Virus record (IMG/VR): IMGVR_UViG_3300027575_000002
Location: 1-64,000 of that record
Direction: 5' to 3' (one strand)
Source: a virus
Length of the DNA stretch: 64,000 bases
Shown: positions 8,092 to 17,432 of the stretch, one piece after another
Layout: every line of letters begins with the position of its first letter
Numbering within the stretch: position 1 is the first letter of the stretch
Translations under genes and position numbers: made by a program
The notes under the pieces: model-generated
Database searches by the model: none
Told to the model about the DNA's origin: nothing
Seen by the model: the letters and a program-made list of their open reading frames with translations, nothing else

Positions 8092-8924
8092 TGCCGAACT
8101 ATCTCAACGTCAATCGAACCAACCCGGTCAATTGGGGGTGGGGGCCGAACCAAGGTCTTGTCGCCTGGTACAAGGCGATCCCGAATTATTGGGGCGGTTT
8201 GGCTACGTGGTACGACCTATGCAAGTTGAACAATGGCACGTTGGTCAACATGAATGGCAGCACAAGCGGGCCGTCCCCGCAAGCGGCACCGGGTGGGGAT
8301 GGGTCGATGCTGTTCAATGCGGCGGCGAGCACTAAGGTTTCGATTCCTAATGTGGCGTCTCTCAACTTCGGCGCAGGAAATTTCACCGTCTCTTGGCGGG
8401 AGTATCGTACCAGCAACGCGAACGGAGCGACGAGCATTTCCGTTGCAAATTTAGGCTCGGGCGACTATGCCGCGATGCTCCTGGGGTTTTCGTCGGCAGG
8501 GTCAACTCTTGCAATCTACATGAGCAGCGCCGGCTCAAGCTGGGACATTGCTAGCGCAAAATCGCTTGGAACTGTGACTCTTAATACTTGGTGCAAATTT
8601 AGGATTACGCGGATCGGCACATCATTTTTCGCTTACAAGAATGGTGTGCAAACCGATACTTGGCCATCGAGCGCCGGGCTTTGGAACAATGGGCAGCCTA
8701 CGACGCTAGGCGTGTACGTCGGCGCTCTTACTCCGTTCTATTTTTCTGGATACATGGACAGCGTGCGTTTTGCTTCCATTGGGACACAGCCAAGCCAGGG
8801 GGTCGCGATTGATGCCGACGACATGGCCGGAAACCCACGAGCGCTAAACCGGATCAAGCACGCCAGGTATCCGGGGGCGACGGCGGGTGGACTACTGATG
8901 CGAAGACGGAGGGCCTGCGCATGA
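8091..8924 (+). CDS. LamG/concanavalin A-like domain protein (fibre or receptor-binding candidate)
   Basis: TAATG coupling; GLVAWYKA...NNGTLVNMNG...GSMLFNAA...NFTVSWREY matches the Laminin_G_3 pattern. Confidence 0.6.
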   Translation: MPNYLNVNRTNPVNWGWGPNQGLVAWYKAIPNYWGGLATWYDLCKLNNGTLVNMNGSTSGPSPQAAPGGDGSMLFNAAASTKVSIPNVASLNFGAGNFTVSWREYRTSNANGATSISVANLGSGDYAAMLLGFSSAGSTLAIYMSSAGSSWDIASAKSLGTVTLNTWCKFRITRIGTSFFAYKNGVQTDTWPSSAGLWNNGQPTTLGVYVGALTPFYFSGYMDSVRFASIGTQPSQGVAIDADDMAGNPRALNRIKHARYPGATAGGLLMRRRRACA

Positions 8925-9964
8925 GTCTTCTCTATGCCCCTGGGGTAACCTCCAAGTCGATCACGGTTCAGATCGTCAACGACAGCGGCATTGGCGTGAC
9001 TGGACTGGTCGCAGCGACGTGGCCAACGGTCTACTACCAAATTTTTGGCGCGAACGCAGAAGTAGCTATAACGCTCAGCGATTTGGCGACGATCACGACG
9101 CCGTGGACTTCGGGCGCCGTCTACGAATTAAGTGGGGGATACTACAGACTCGACTTGCCTAATGCGGCCGTGGCGTCGGCAGGCAAAGTAAAGGTTTTCG
9201 CAGAGACTACCGGCAAGCACTTGATTGCAGAGACGCTTGCACCGGACTATCCGCAGATGGATGCGAGGCAGTGGGTCGGTACGACGATTCCCGCACCAAC
9301 GCAGACAGGGGTGCCGATCACTGATCCGCACTACTTCGGTGGGGTGGTAGGTACGTTTGCTGTTGGTATTCCGAGTGTAAACGCGACCCAAGTCCAGAAT
9401 GACCTGGATAACTTGCAAACAGTACCAGGGTCCGGCGTGTTTACAGTCGAGGCGGGTGTCAACTTTCCTGGTGGTTCCGGTAGTGCGGCGGTGTGGGAGC
9501 AGCTCCTGTCGTCGTCTGGGTTCAGCACTCCTGGTAGTATCGGTGCCCTGCTCAAGGAGGACATAACCGGAGTCCTGGCACTCCAGTCCCAGCTGTCCGG
9601 CGGTACGTTCACCATCGTTTCGCCCGTCGCGCAGAACGGCACAATAACGATAGTCAGCGGGGATGACTACAGTGCGGCAGACGGTCGGCAGATCATATTC
9701 ACCGGCGCGTCACCGAACGTGTGGCCGAACTTGACCGGGGCGAACATCGTCCTCGAAGTATATTCGCTGACATCTGATAGCATGGTGGTGGAGTTCCCCG
9801 CGTCCCCGCAGACGCCGACCGGCACTCAGGTAGTGTGGTGCACTCCCGCCAGTGTGCAGACGGGCCAACTGAAGCACGGCACGAGGTGGCAATACTACCT
9901 AGTGGCGACGCTGGCCGATAATACCATCGCGACCCTGGCGATAGGGTACTTGACCGTGGGATAA
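8921..9964 (+). CDS. hypothetical fibre-like protein
   Basis: 347 aa, overlaps upstream stop; Thr/Gly/Val-rich. Confidence 0.55.
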   Translation: MSLLYAPGVTSKSITVQIVNDSGIGVTGLVAATWPTVYYQIFGANAEVAITLSDLATITTPWTSGAVYELSGGYYRLDLPNAAVASAGKVKVFAETTGKHLIAETLAPDYPQMDARQWVGTTIPAPTQTGVPITDPHYFGGVVGTFAVGIPSVNATQVQNDLDNLQTVPGSGVFTVEAGVNFPGGSGSAAVWEQLLSSSGFSTPGSIGALLKEDITGVLALQSQLSGGTFTIVSPVAQNGTITIVSGDDYSAADGRQIIFTGASPNVWPNLTGANIVLEVYSLTSDSMVVEFPASPQTPTGTQVVWCTPASVQTGQLKHGTRWQYYLVATLADNTIATLAIGYLTVG

Positions 9965-9965
9965 T

Positions 9966-10193
9966 ATGATGAAGGCGACCGGACTCGGACACGCCAACGG
10001 GCTGAAGCAGGTGCTCCTCCCGATGTCGCAGGAGCATAGGTGGAGGTTCTTCATCAAGTACCTCCGAACCAGGAAGAGGGCGAATCAACGTGCCAAAGAA
10101 GACGCCATACGAGGTACTGGAAGTGCCGAAGTCTGCGGACAAGGAGGCAGTGAAGAGGGCGTACCGCAAGAAGTCGCACAAGACGCATCCTGA
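9966..10193 (+). CDS. small hypothetical protein (3' tail probably non-coding run-on)
   Basis: First ~40 codons have GC-rich third positions; this signal is lost after ~10085, where the J-domain frame takes over. Confidence 0.3.
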   Translation: MMKATGLGHANGLKQVLLPMSQEHRWRFFIKYLRTRKRANQRAKEDAIRGTGSAEVCGQGGSEEGVPQEVAQDAS

Positions 10194-10728
10194 CGCTGGC
10201 GGAGACGCCGAGGAGTTCAAGGCTGTGAACTCCGCGTACAGACTGCTCACCGACGACTCGCGGCGCGAGAGGTACGACGCGACGGGGGACGACGGCGAAG
10301 AGAGGGTCGTGCAGGACCACGAGGCGGAGGTGATTGGTCTTCTCGCCGCCGTATTCTCCGCAATACTGGAGGCGATGATCGCGCTAGACGGCGACCCAGG
10401 CGAACACGACTTGGTGGAGATGGCGAAGAAACAGCTTGCAGACGTGAAGCGGACCATCAAGGACCAGATGCACAAGATGCAGAAGCGCAAGGACAAACTG
10501 CTCAGGACCATCGATAGGATTGAGACCAGCAACGGCACAAACCACCTCCGCACCGTGGTCGAGCAGAAGTTGAACCAGATTGAACGGGACTTGCGCCGCG
10601 CCGAGATAGAGGTGCTGAAGGGCGAGGAGGCACTGAAGCTGCTCAAGAAGTTCAAGTACCGTAAGGACCAGACGATGGGCGCATACGGATGGATCACTAC
10701 GCAGGTAACGTCCGCGACAACCTATTGA
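10090..10728 (+). CDS. J-domain (DnaJ-like) co-chaperone
   Basis: PYEVLEVPKSADKEAVKRAYRKKSHKTHPDAGGD with the HPD tripeptide; C-terminal coiled-coil; GTG start. Confidence 0.8.
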   Translation: MPKKTPYEVLEVPKSADKEAVKRAYRKKSHKTHPDAGGDAEEFKAVNSAYRLLTDDSRRERYDATGDDGEERVVQDHEAEVIGLLAAVFSAILEAMIALDGDPGEHDLVEMAKKQLADVKRTIKDQMHKMQKRKDKLLRTIDRIETSNGTNHLRTVVEQKLNQIERDLRRAEIEVLKGEEALKLLKKFKYRKDQTMGAYGWITTQVTSATTY

Positions 10729-10737
10729 GGCACCAAA

Positions 10738-11133
10738 ATGATTAACAACGAAATAATTGTGGGCGTGGAAGAGCTAAGTGACGAGGAACTGCGAGAGGAA
10801 AGAAATAAGTGCAATGTTCGTGGAGACAACGCAGCAGCAAAATTGTTCATAGACGAACTTGAGTCGCGCTATCCAATGTTCAGGGAAGAGGACGCCACCA
10901 ATGGTTGCGATGGGTCGTATCGCTTACCGAATGGCGGATGGAGCAACGTGATGTGGCACAGAGTGATATTTTTCTCTCGCCCTGCCCGCTCCGCTCCTGC
11001 CGATGCTCAGAAAAAGTGGTCTGTGCTCGTCCGATCAATAAGGCAAAGAGAATTGGGCGACGTGGACTGCGTATGCCTGTCTGCGGACATGCTAAAGGAC
11101 GGATGGCAATGTAATTGTGGAGCGAGGATATGA
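10738..11133 (+). CDS. hypothetical protein
   Basis: 131 aa; A/T-richer 5' part. Confidence 0.5.
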   Translation: MINNEIIVGVEELSDEELREERNKCNVRGDNAAAKLFIDELESRYPMFREEDATNGCDGSYRLPNGGWSNVMWHRVIFFSRPARSAPADAQKKWSVLVRSIRQRELGDVDCVCLSADMLKDGWQCNCGARI

Positions 11134-11525
11134 TCCGAGTCGGTGACATCGTAGACTACTACTGGGCTGGCAACACTCACCCGCTCGCGGCCATAGTGGC
11201 CAAGGTCCACGAGTCGGAGGCGTGGGAGTTTCGCCCTGGCCCTGCCGCGATGACGCCAAGCGGTCGCGCGACCAAGGACGCGGGGATCACGGTCGCGCTG
11301 TGCGTGGTGCTGGAGGACGGCACGACGACCAACAGGAAGCGCGTGTCCGTCATCGGCAGGGACGACAAGCAGCCGGTCGGGTCGATGTACTGCACGGAGA
11401 GGCCGACATTAACTGAAGTCTATAAGGCGTGGGAAAAGTTTGTTGAAACTACTGCCGCTCCTTTTGAACCACTGTACAGACAAAAGCTGTTTGAACGCTG
11501 GATCATAAAGCACATAACAACGTAA
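11130..11525 (+). CDS. hypothetical protein
   Basis: ATGA overlap with upstream stop. Confidence 0.5.
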   Translation: MIRVGDIVDYYWAGNTHPLAAIVAKVHESEAWEFRPGPAAMTPSGRATKDAGITVALCVVLEDGTTTNRKRVSVIGRDDKQPVGSMYCTERPTLTEVYKAWEKFVETTAAPFEPLYRQKLFERWIIKHITT

Positions 11526-11550
11526 ACAATACACACAGGTGAGACAAGCG

Positions 11551-11658
11551 GTGACCAAGCGTGATGCATTCGAGTGGCTTATGGTGGCAGGTGGGGTCGT
11601 GTTCCTGGTGTGCGGCATCCTACAGTTATTGCTACTGTATGGCGAATGGAATAAGTGA
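11551..11658 (+). CDS. small membrane peptide (35 aa)
   Basis: GTG start, hydrophobic core VAGGVVFLVCGILQLLLL; overlaps the portal start. Confidence 0.3.
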   Translation: MTKRDAFEWLMVAGGVVFLVCGILQLLLLYGEWNK

Positions 11659-13715
11659 TGAAACTAACTTGGTGGCAGCGGATCAAGGTACTCGTCTTCG
11701 GCACGGTAGACGTGCGGGAGGACGCCGTGCCGCTGCCCGCCGAGCAGGAGCCGGAGCGGGCCATATTCTCCGACGACCTGCACCCAGTCGCCAAGGGCGC
11801 GAAGCCACCGATGCTGACCGCTACGCAACTCCGCCAGCGCACGGCAGACCTCGAAGTCGTAAACCGATACCGGATGGAGCGGCACAGCTTCGACGTTATG
11901 GAGTCGTTCTGGGGCGGCGGACAGACCGGGGTGTACCCAGGGGGTACGGACCTATTCGAGCCGCTGCTGCGGTCGCTGAACCAGTCGCGCGGGTACGGCA
12001 TACCCATAGCGCAGCCGAGCGACAGGTCGCATGGCAAGAAGTGGCCGCTGTGGCAGTCGGACACGGACCTCAACAGGTTCATAGGCGGGTCGCGCATAGT
12101 GGATGGCGTGAACTCGTTCGCAATCGGCCTGCGCTCCAACCTGATAAACGCCATCATCGGCAAGGGGTTCACCTACAAGGTTGGCGGGCGCGACACCGAG
12201 GAGGCGAAGAAGTACGTGGCGTCGGCTGGTGAGGCGGAGGACGGCGACCAGACCCCACTGGACCGCCTCGCTGCGTCGGTGCAGTCCTGGCTCGACTCCA
12301 AGTTCTTCGCGCGGAACAACTGGACGCAGACCAGCCTACCGGAGCACAAGCGCGAGGATGAGTCCACGCTGGCGAGTGGCGAGACCAAGGAGCGGGAGGT
12401 GTGCCACCGGGTAATTAGGGACGGCAACTCGTTCGTGCGCCTGCACTACAACAGCAAGGACGGCACGGTTGACGCCCGATTCGTTGACGGCGTGCTGGTG
12501 TGGGGTGCGCCGGCCGGCAAGAGTTTCGAGGACGGGTGGAGTTTCGGCATACAGCACAAGGTGTACAAGGTCCAGGAGCGCGACGAGGAGGGAAACCCCA
12601 CCGGCAATACCAAGACAGTGCACGACCGCGAGCGCATCATGGCCTACTTCATCCGGCCAAAGGAGCCGGACGAGCAGGGGAACAGTGACATAGGCGGGGA
12701 GATCGTGCCGGCCTGGGAGATGCAGCACATAAAGATGATGGGGGAGGACGCGGAGGTCAAGCACGGCACACCCCTGTTCGTGTTCCAAGTGTTGGAGTCC
12801 CTGATGAGCGCGGCGACCATTCGCAAGATCAGTGGCGAGACGCAGGCGGTCAAGGCGGCGACCGCCGAGCTGTGGAAGCACATGATCGGTACGCGGCAGC
12901 AGATCGGTACCATCCAGTCACCGGGTACGGACGCCGTGCAGGGCGACAGCGTGGGCGACGGTGGACCCGGAACTACACACCTCAATATACCACAGGGCGG
13001 GGCTGTGCGCAGGATGCCGGGCAACGTCGAGCCGGTCACGTACCCCACGACGCCGGCCTTCGCGGAGAACGACCTCGCAGTGCAGGGGGCGCTGCGCCAG
13101 GCGGGGGCGTCTGTGGCGACGCCCGAATACCTGATAAGCGGGGACGCCTCGAACGCTAACTACAGTAGCCTCGTGGAGGCGGGGTCGCCGTGGGTCGTGT
13201 CGCGCGAGGCCGACCAGGAGCACTTCAAGTCGCCGTTCCAGCGCCTGATGTGGCGCGTCGTGGGATGGGCGGTGGAGTGCGGAGAGCTGCCCCAAGAGGC
13301 GATGACGCTGCTGGACATTTCCGTTGAGGCTCCGCTGGTGTCCAAGGACGATAAGGTGGAGCAGGCGTCAGTGTCCACACAGGAGCTAGCGGCAGGCATC
13401 ACCTCGCCGCAGATCGAGATAGGCAAGCGCGGCGAAGACCCAAGGCGGGTGGCGAAGGACTTGGAGGAGTGGAAGCGACTGACCGGCGGACAGCAGCCTG
13501 GGAAACCGCCGACGGGACAGGAGCAGGATGGGGGACCACCACCCAGCGGACAGCAAAACGGCGCGGTCGATCCCAAGAGGTCGCAGGCGGCGAAGCTGGC
13601 CGCGGCGTCGGCTGCGCAAAAGACGGGCAACGTGTCACATGTGCAAGAGTCCGCAGATGACGGTTGGATCGACCTACCGCCGGGGGCAGAAGAACTGCTG
13701 GAGGTGGGAACATGA
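11655..13715 (+). CDS. portal protein
   Basis: 686 aa, downstream of terL; RDGNSFVRLHY and SNANYSSLVEAGSPW resemble conserved portal segments; Pro/Gly/Gln-rich C-terminal tail. Confidence 0.7.
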   Translation: MMKLTWWQRIKVLVFGTVDVREDAVPLPAEQEPERAIFSDDLHPVAKGAKPPMLTATQLRQRTADLEVVNRYRMERHSFDVMESFWGGGQTGVYPGGTDLFEPLLRSLNQSRGYGIPIAQPSDRSHGKKWPLWQSDTDLNRFIGGSRIVDGVNSFAIGLRSNLINAIIGKGFTYKVGGRDTEEAKKYVASAGEAEDGDQTPLDRLAASVQSWLDSKFFARNNWTQTSLPEHKREDESTLASGETKEREVCHRVIRDGNSFVRLHYNSKDGTVDARFVDGVLVWGAPAGKSFEDGWSFGIQHKVYKVQERDEEGNPTGNTKTVHDRERIMAYFIRPKEPDEQGNSDIGGEIVPAWEMQHIKMMGEDAEVKHGTPLFVFQVLESLMSAATIRKISGETQAVKAATAELWKHMIGTRQQIGTIQSPGTDAVQGDSVGDGGPGTTHLNIPQGGAVRRMPGNVEPVTYPTTPAFAENDLAVQGALRQAGASVATPEYLISGDASNANYSSLVEAGSPWVVSREADQEHFKSPFQRLMWRVVGWAVECGELPQEAMTLLDISVEAPLVSKDDKVEQASVSTQELAAGITSPQIEIGKRGEDPRRVAKDLEEWKRLTGGQQPGKPPTGQEQDGGPPPSGQQNGAVDPKRSQAAKLAAASAAQKTGNVSHVQESADDGWIDLPPGAEELLEVGT

Positions 13716-13981
13716 GCGAAGATTCAAAACTCGTGCCAAAGACATGGAGCGACTTTCGCAAAATCCTCCTAGACTACATCGGTGAAGGGTGGGCGGAGCA
13801 GCTCGACACCGCAGTCAGGGAGGAGTTCGGTGGTGACGATTACAGTACACCATCACCCTGCGGTGAGTGCGGTGCTCCGTACCTAGAGTCACACAAGCCA
13901 GAGTGCACTCGTCCGGCGCGTGACCGCGAGTTCATGGAGAAGTACATCCCCGTTGACCGAACGCAGGAGGGTCTGGACTAA
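13712..13981 (+). CDS. hypothetical protein
   Basis: ATGA overlap with portal stop; 89 aa. Confidence 0.45.
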   Translation: MSEDSKLVPKTWSDFRKILLDYIGEGWAEQLDTAVREEFGGDDYSTPSPCGECGAPYLESHKPECTRPARDREFMEKYIPVDRTQEGLD

Positions 13982-14045
13982 GTGTAGTCACTACCTACAC
14001 ATCACTGGCGCAGGCCAAGTCCTTTGTCGAGCAAGAGAACGCAAA

Positions 14046-16817
14046 ATGCAAGCGCGGATAACCACAGACGGTACCATACAACTGCGAGAAGGTGGCAAGG
14101 TCTGCGAGTACAGGGTCGGAGAGCCAGGATTTGCCCGCGCTGCGTCCATCGTGCGCGCCGTGTCAAGCGGCGTGGACGTGACCAGTATGCTGGGCAGGAG
14201 CGTGATGGAGGTCAAGGACACCAGCGGACACGAGCACAAGGGTAGCGGACAGGGTGGTGGGCAATTCACAGGAGGTGACGGGGCAGGTGGCAAGAAGGTA
14301 CAGCGGCAGAAACTTGAAGCAATCGCGAAGGACCAAGGCTATGAGGATAGCGACCTTGCCAACGTGGATGACGACGATTTGGAGAGGGCATTCGGCGGTG
14401 CTCTCAAAAAAGCCGAAGAGCGGGAACAAGCCGAGCGAGACGAGGCTGACGACGAAGACGCGACCTCCGACGACGTTAAACCAACCAAGGATTCACCGGA
14501 GCAAGATACATCCCTCCAAGAAGGGGCATTGCAGACGATTGTACCGCAACTGACGCCCAGGGCTCAAGCAAAAATCAAGGCGAACCTCAAGGGAATACAC
14601 TTCGCGGCATCGCGAGAGGGTCTTGCGAAGAAGGTCGCCGACGATGTGGCTGCGATCCAACCAGAGCGATTGCGCGAAGCATTCCGCAAGCAAACCGAAA
14701 AATTCTTTCTGTCGTCGCATGGTCTCTTCCACGGCAGCGTCGGCAAACTCTATTTGGCGAGTGATCCAGGAATGCAGAAAAGCGTGGAAGGGATGACTAA
14801 AGACGATCCTGCCACTTTCAAGATGAATACCAGTTCTTCTGAAAGCATCATGCACGAGTTGGTCGCACACGAGATCGGTCATGTCGTGGATGGTCCTAAT
14901 TACGAGTTCAGCGGTACACCGGAATGGAAAGCGATTCACGAAAGTGAAGTTGAACCCAAAAAAGTATTTGGATTCGGCGGCGTTAGATTGAGCAAAATCG
15001 CCAATCAAGATCGGCGCGAGGGCTTCGCTGAATTGTTTCGCATCGCAAACTCGTCTCGCCGCAATAAGGTTGCCAAGGCGTTTCCCAAAGCAACAGCCTT
15101 CTTCCAAAAAAATGGACTATGGCCGGCTCAAGATATAAGTGAGTCCCTCCTTCTGGAGGTGACAGAGACTAAGGACGCCAGCGGGCACGAGCACGCGGCG
15201 GACGGAAAGTTTGGGAGCGGGGGGAACAGCGAAAGTAAATCAGCAGACAAACCCAAGCACGGCTCCCGCGCCGCCGCACTGCACGCCAAGCACCAAGAGC
15301 TGAAGCAGCAGCGGGTGGATGCGTACAACGAGGTAAAGGGCGACGCGCAGAAGGCACTGGACGACGCCGGCGAACACACGAGGTCAGCGCTGAAATCAGC
15401 CTTCCACCTACTGAGTACGGACGCATACCCAAAACTCAACAAGGCGTTTACGGAGCTGGACGAGTTGTGCAGCGGGTTCGATGTCGATGGTCTACCACCA
15501 GGAGAATTATTCGGTGCGCTTAAGGAGATGGAGGTACTCGGCAAGAGGGTGCTGGACGCCAACATGAAGGTCAAGCCCGGAACCGGCGAAGACGACCTAA
15601 ACGCAGACGACATAAAAGAAAACGACAGGCTGCTGACCTCGCTAATAAAGAGCACCCGCGAGGGCCGCCAGCACCTCAAGGCATACGTCCAGCACCGGCG
15701 CGAAATGCGTGCGATCAAGTCCGGCGAGCCGATGGAGGTGAGGGAGTGCATGGAAATAGATGACGAGGAGTTCAGCAGCGCAGTGGATGTACTGGAAAAG
15801 AAAGACGCGGAAGGACACGAACACAAGGGCAGCGGCGAGGGAGGAGGGCAATTCACCAGTAGCGGCGAAGGGAGTACCAAGTCTGCTGAAAAGACAAAGC
15901 GATCCGCACCTGGGTCGCAGATGAGTGAGGATGTAAAGAAGAAGCTGCGAGATCACGGCATGGTCGGTACGTTTCCGCCCGCTGAAGTACTAACAAGTGC
16001 GATCAAATATGCAGACCTCCAGCAGGGCAGCGACCAATTGAAGTACGTAGCTCTCATGTCCTGGGACCAGCACACCAAAAGCGGGAGAATCAGCAGGCAG
16101 TATAGATATACTCAAGACTTCCACGACCGCAACGCCGCGCAAAAATTTGAGCGAGTCAAGGCAATCGAACCGCATATCAAGAATATCGAAAAGACTTTGA
16201 CAGCACAGATGAACGACGAATCTTTGCCACAGAAGTCGAGGGAGGCGGCGGCAATAGCGTCTGCGATTCGAGAGACCGGACTTCGCCCCACCGACAGCGC
16301 CGAGTCCGTCGAGCATGGACACTTCGGCATATCGTCTATACAGGCCAGGCACTGCAAGGTAGTTGGCGACGAGGTACACTTGGACTTTATCGGCAAGGAG
16401 GGGGTGCGCAATCAGACCACAATCCGAGAACCTGCAAATGTTGCGTTCCTAAAAAACGCTTTGAAATCGGCGAAGGGGGATCAATTCGTCTTCCAAAAGG
16501 CCAGCAGTGACGACGCGGGCGACGCACTAAAAGATGCGTCGAAGAAATCGGGGGGGCCAGAGGACATCAAGATCAAGGACTTGCGCACCCTCAAGGCCAC
16601 GCAGACCGCGTACAAACTGGTAGACTCATATGGGGGGCCGCCACCCCCGCTGACGGGCAACAAGACCAAGGACGTGAAGGCCGTACAAAAAGCGATTTTG
16701 TCTATGAGCGGAGAAGTGGCCAAAGTTCTAAACAACACGCCCACGCAGGCTAGGGACAACTACATACACCCAGAGGTCTGGAAAAAATGGCAGTCAAAAA
16801 TTCAAAGCGCGAGTTGA
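14046..16817 (+). CDS. polyvalent virion protein: Zn-metallopeptidase domain plus type IB topoisomerase domain
   Basis: HELVAHEIGH (HExxH at 14868-14882) with downstream EGFAELF. C-terminal GLRPTDSAESVEHGHFGISSIQARHCKVVGDEVHLDFIGKEGV, IKIKDLRTLKAT and LNNTPTQARDNYIHPEV (Tyr codon 16761-16763) match TopIB motifs. Linker motif KDxSGHEH...G(Q/K)F occurs three times (14211-14270, 15171-15224, 15801-15857). Lies right after the portal, the usual position of MuF-like minor head proteins. Confidence 0.8.
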   Translation: MQARITTDGTIQLREGGKVCEYRVGEPGFARAASIVRAVSSGVDVTSMLGRSVMEVKDTSGHEHKGSGQGGGQFTGGDGAGGKKVQRQKLEAIAKDQGYEDSDLANVDDDDLERAFGGALKKAEEREQAERDEADDEDATSDDVKPTKDSPEQDTSLQEGALQTIVPQLTPRAQAKIKANLKGIHFAASREGLAKKVADDVAAIQPERLREAFRKQTEKFFLSSHGLFHGSVGKLYLASDPGMQKSVEGMTKDDPATFKMNTSSSESIMHELVAHEIGHVVDGPNYEFSGTPEWKAIHESEVEPKKVFGFGGVRLSKIANQDRREGFAELFRIANSSRRNKVAKAFPKATAFFQKNGLWPAQDISESLLLEVTETKDASGHEHAADGKFGSGGNSESKSADKPKHGSRAAALHAKHQELKQQRVDAYNEVKGDAQKALDDAGEHTRSALKSAFHLLSTDAYPKLNKAFTELDELCSGFDVDGLPPGELFGALKEMEVLGKRVLDANMKVKPGTGEDDLNADDIKENDRLLTSLIKSTREGRQHLKAYVQHRREMRAIKSGEPMEVRECMEIDDEEFSSAVDVLEKKDAEGHEHKGSGEGGGQFTSSGEGSTKSAEKTKRSAPGSQMSEDVKKKLRDHGMVGTFPPAEVLTSAIKYADLQQGSDQLKYVALMSWDQHTKSGRISRQYRYTQDFHDRNAAQKFERVKAIEPHIKNIEKTLTAQMNDESLPQKSREAAAIASAIRETGLRPTDSAESVEHGHFGISSIQARHCKVVGDEVHLDFIGKEGVRNQTTIREPANVAFLKNALKSAKGDQFVFQKASSDDAGDALKDASKKSGGPEDIKIKDLRTLKATQTAYKLVDSYGGPPPPLTGNKTKDVKAVQKAILSMSGEVAKVLNNTPTQARDNYIHPEVWKKWQSKIQSAS

Positions 16818-17002
16818 GCGAAGCACAACTAAATTCACCTGACATTGACCAGGACGGCGAATTCGACGTAGAACATTACCAGTTACCTAGTGGTGACAAT
16901 ATCAAAGACAACTACTTACGAACCGTATGGAATGACGCAGTTGAAGGACTCAAGACAGGGGACGGGGTAGAAGACACCTCTGAACTAGGAGCAAATCAAT
17001 GA
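16787..17002 (+). CDS. small very acidic protein
   Basis: 71 aa rich in D/E; lower-GC patch. Confidence 0.4.
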   Translation: MAVKNSKRELSEAQLNSPDIDQDGEFDVEHYQLPSGDNIKDNYLRTVWNDAVEGLKTGDGVEDTSELGANQ

Positions 17003-17163
17003 TGGTATTCAAAGTAGAGAGCAAAGCGGAGCTGGTGTACTTATTCGATTCTGTGGAGCAGGTAGTCAAGCCCGCGCCGACGCTACTCACTATCCTCGTC
17101 GGCTGCGGCGTGTATCGCGGGTTCTTCCTTGCCAACGAGAGCGACTTGGAGGTAGTAGCATGA
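16999..17163 (+). CDS. small hypothetical protein
   Basis: 54 codons, ATGA overlaps at both ends. Confidence 0.35.
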   Translation: MMVFKVESKAELVYLFDSVEQVVKPAPTLLTILVGCGVYRGFFLANESDLEVVA

Positions 17164-17432
17164 GCCGAAAAACAAACAGACTTCGCTCCAGGTTGATTCG
17201 CGCAGAGAAGCGGACGACCAAAGAGGTAGACAAGATTCAAGCTGCTATCAACGGCAGGCGGTCAGTAAAAGTGGTCGTCCAAGGACCGAAGGGCATGGGC
17301 TTCGAGTTCTGTAATTCGGTAATTATGGCAATCGAATTAGGGGCAAGCGGCGAGATTGTATTGAGAGTCAAGGCTATGGAGGCTACATCTACCACGACAC
17401 ACCGCGACTTACATCGTTTTGAGGATATGTAA
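17160..17432 (+). CDS. hypothetical protein
   Basis: 90 aa, basic N-terminus. Confidence 0.45.
   Translation: MSRKTNRLRSRLIRAEKRTTKEVDKIQAAINGRRSVKVVVQGPKGMGFEFCNSVIMAIELGASGEIVLRVKAMEATSTTTHRDLHRFEDM

Noticed and set aside
9966-10193. A +1 frameshift fusing the small ORF 9966 to the J-domain ORF, because the coding signal switches frame near 10085.
   Set aside because: The J-domain ORF has its own GTG with a purine-rich SD-like sequence upstream. The same long run-on tail into the next gene is seen at 48316-48579/rusA. Stop codons are simply rare in off-frames of GC-rich DNA.
13920-14045. The upstream Met at 13920 as the start of the polyvalent protein (965-aa version).
   Set aside because: It would overlap ORF 13712-13981 by 62 nt. 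The extra residues (MTASSWRSTSPLTERRRVW...) look like off-frame sequence. The Met at 14046 is preferred, but this is unproven.
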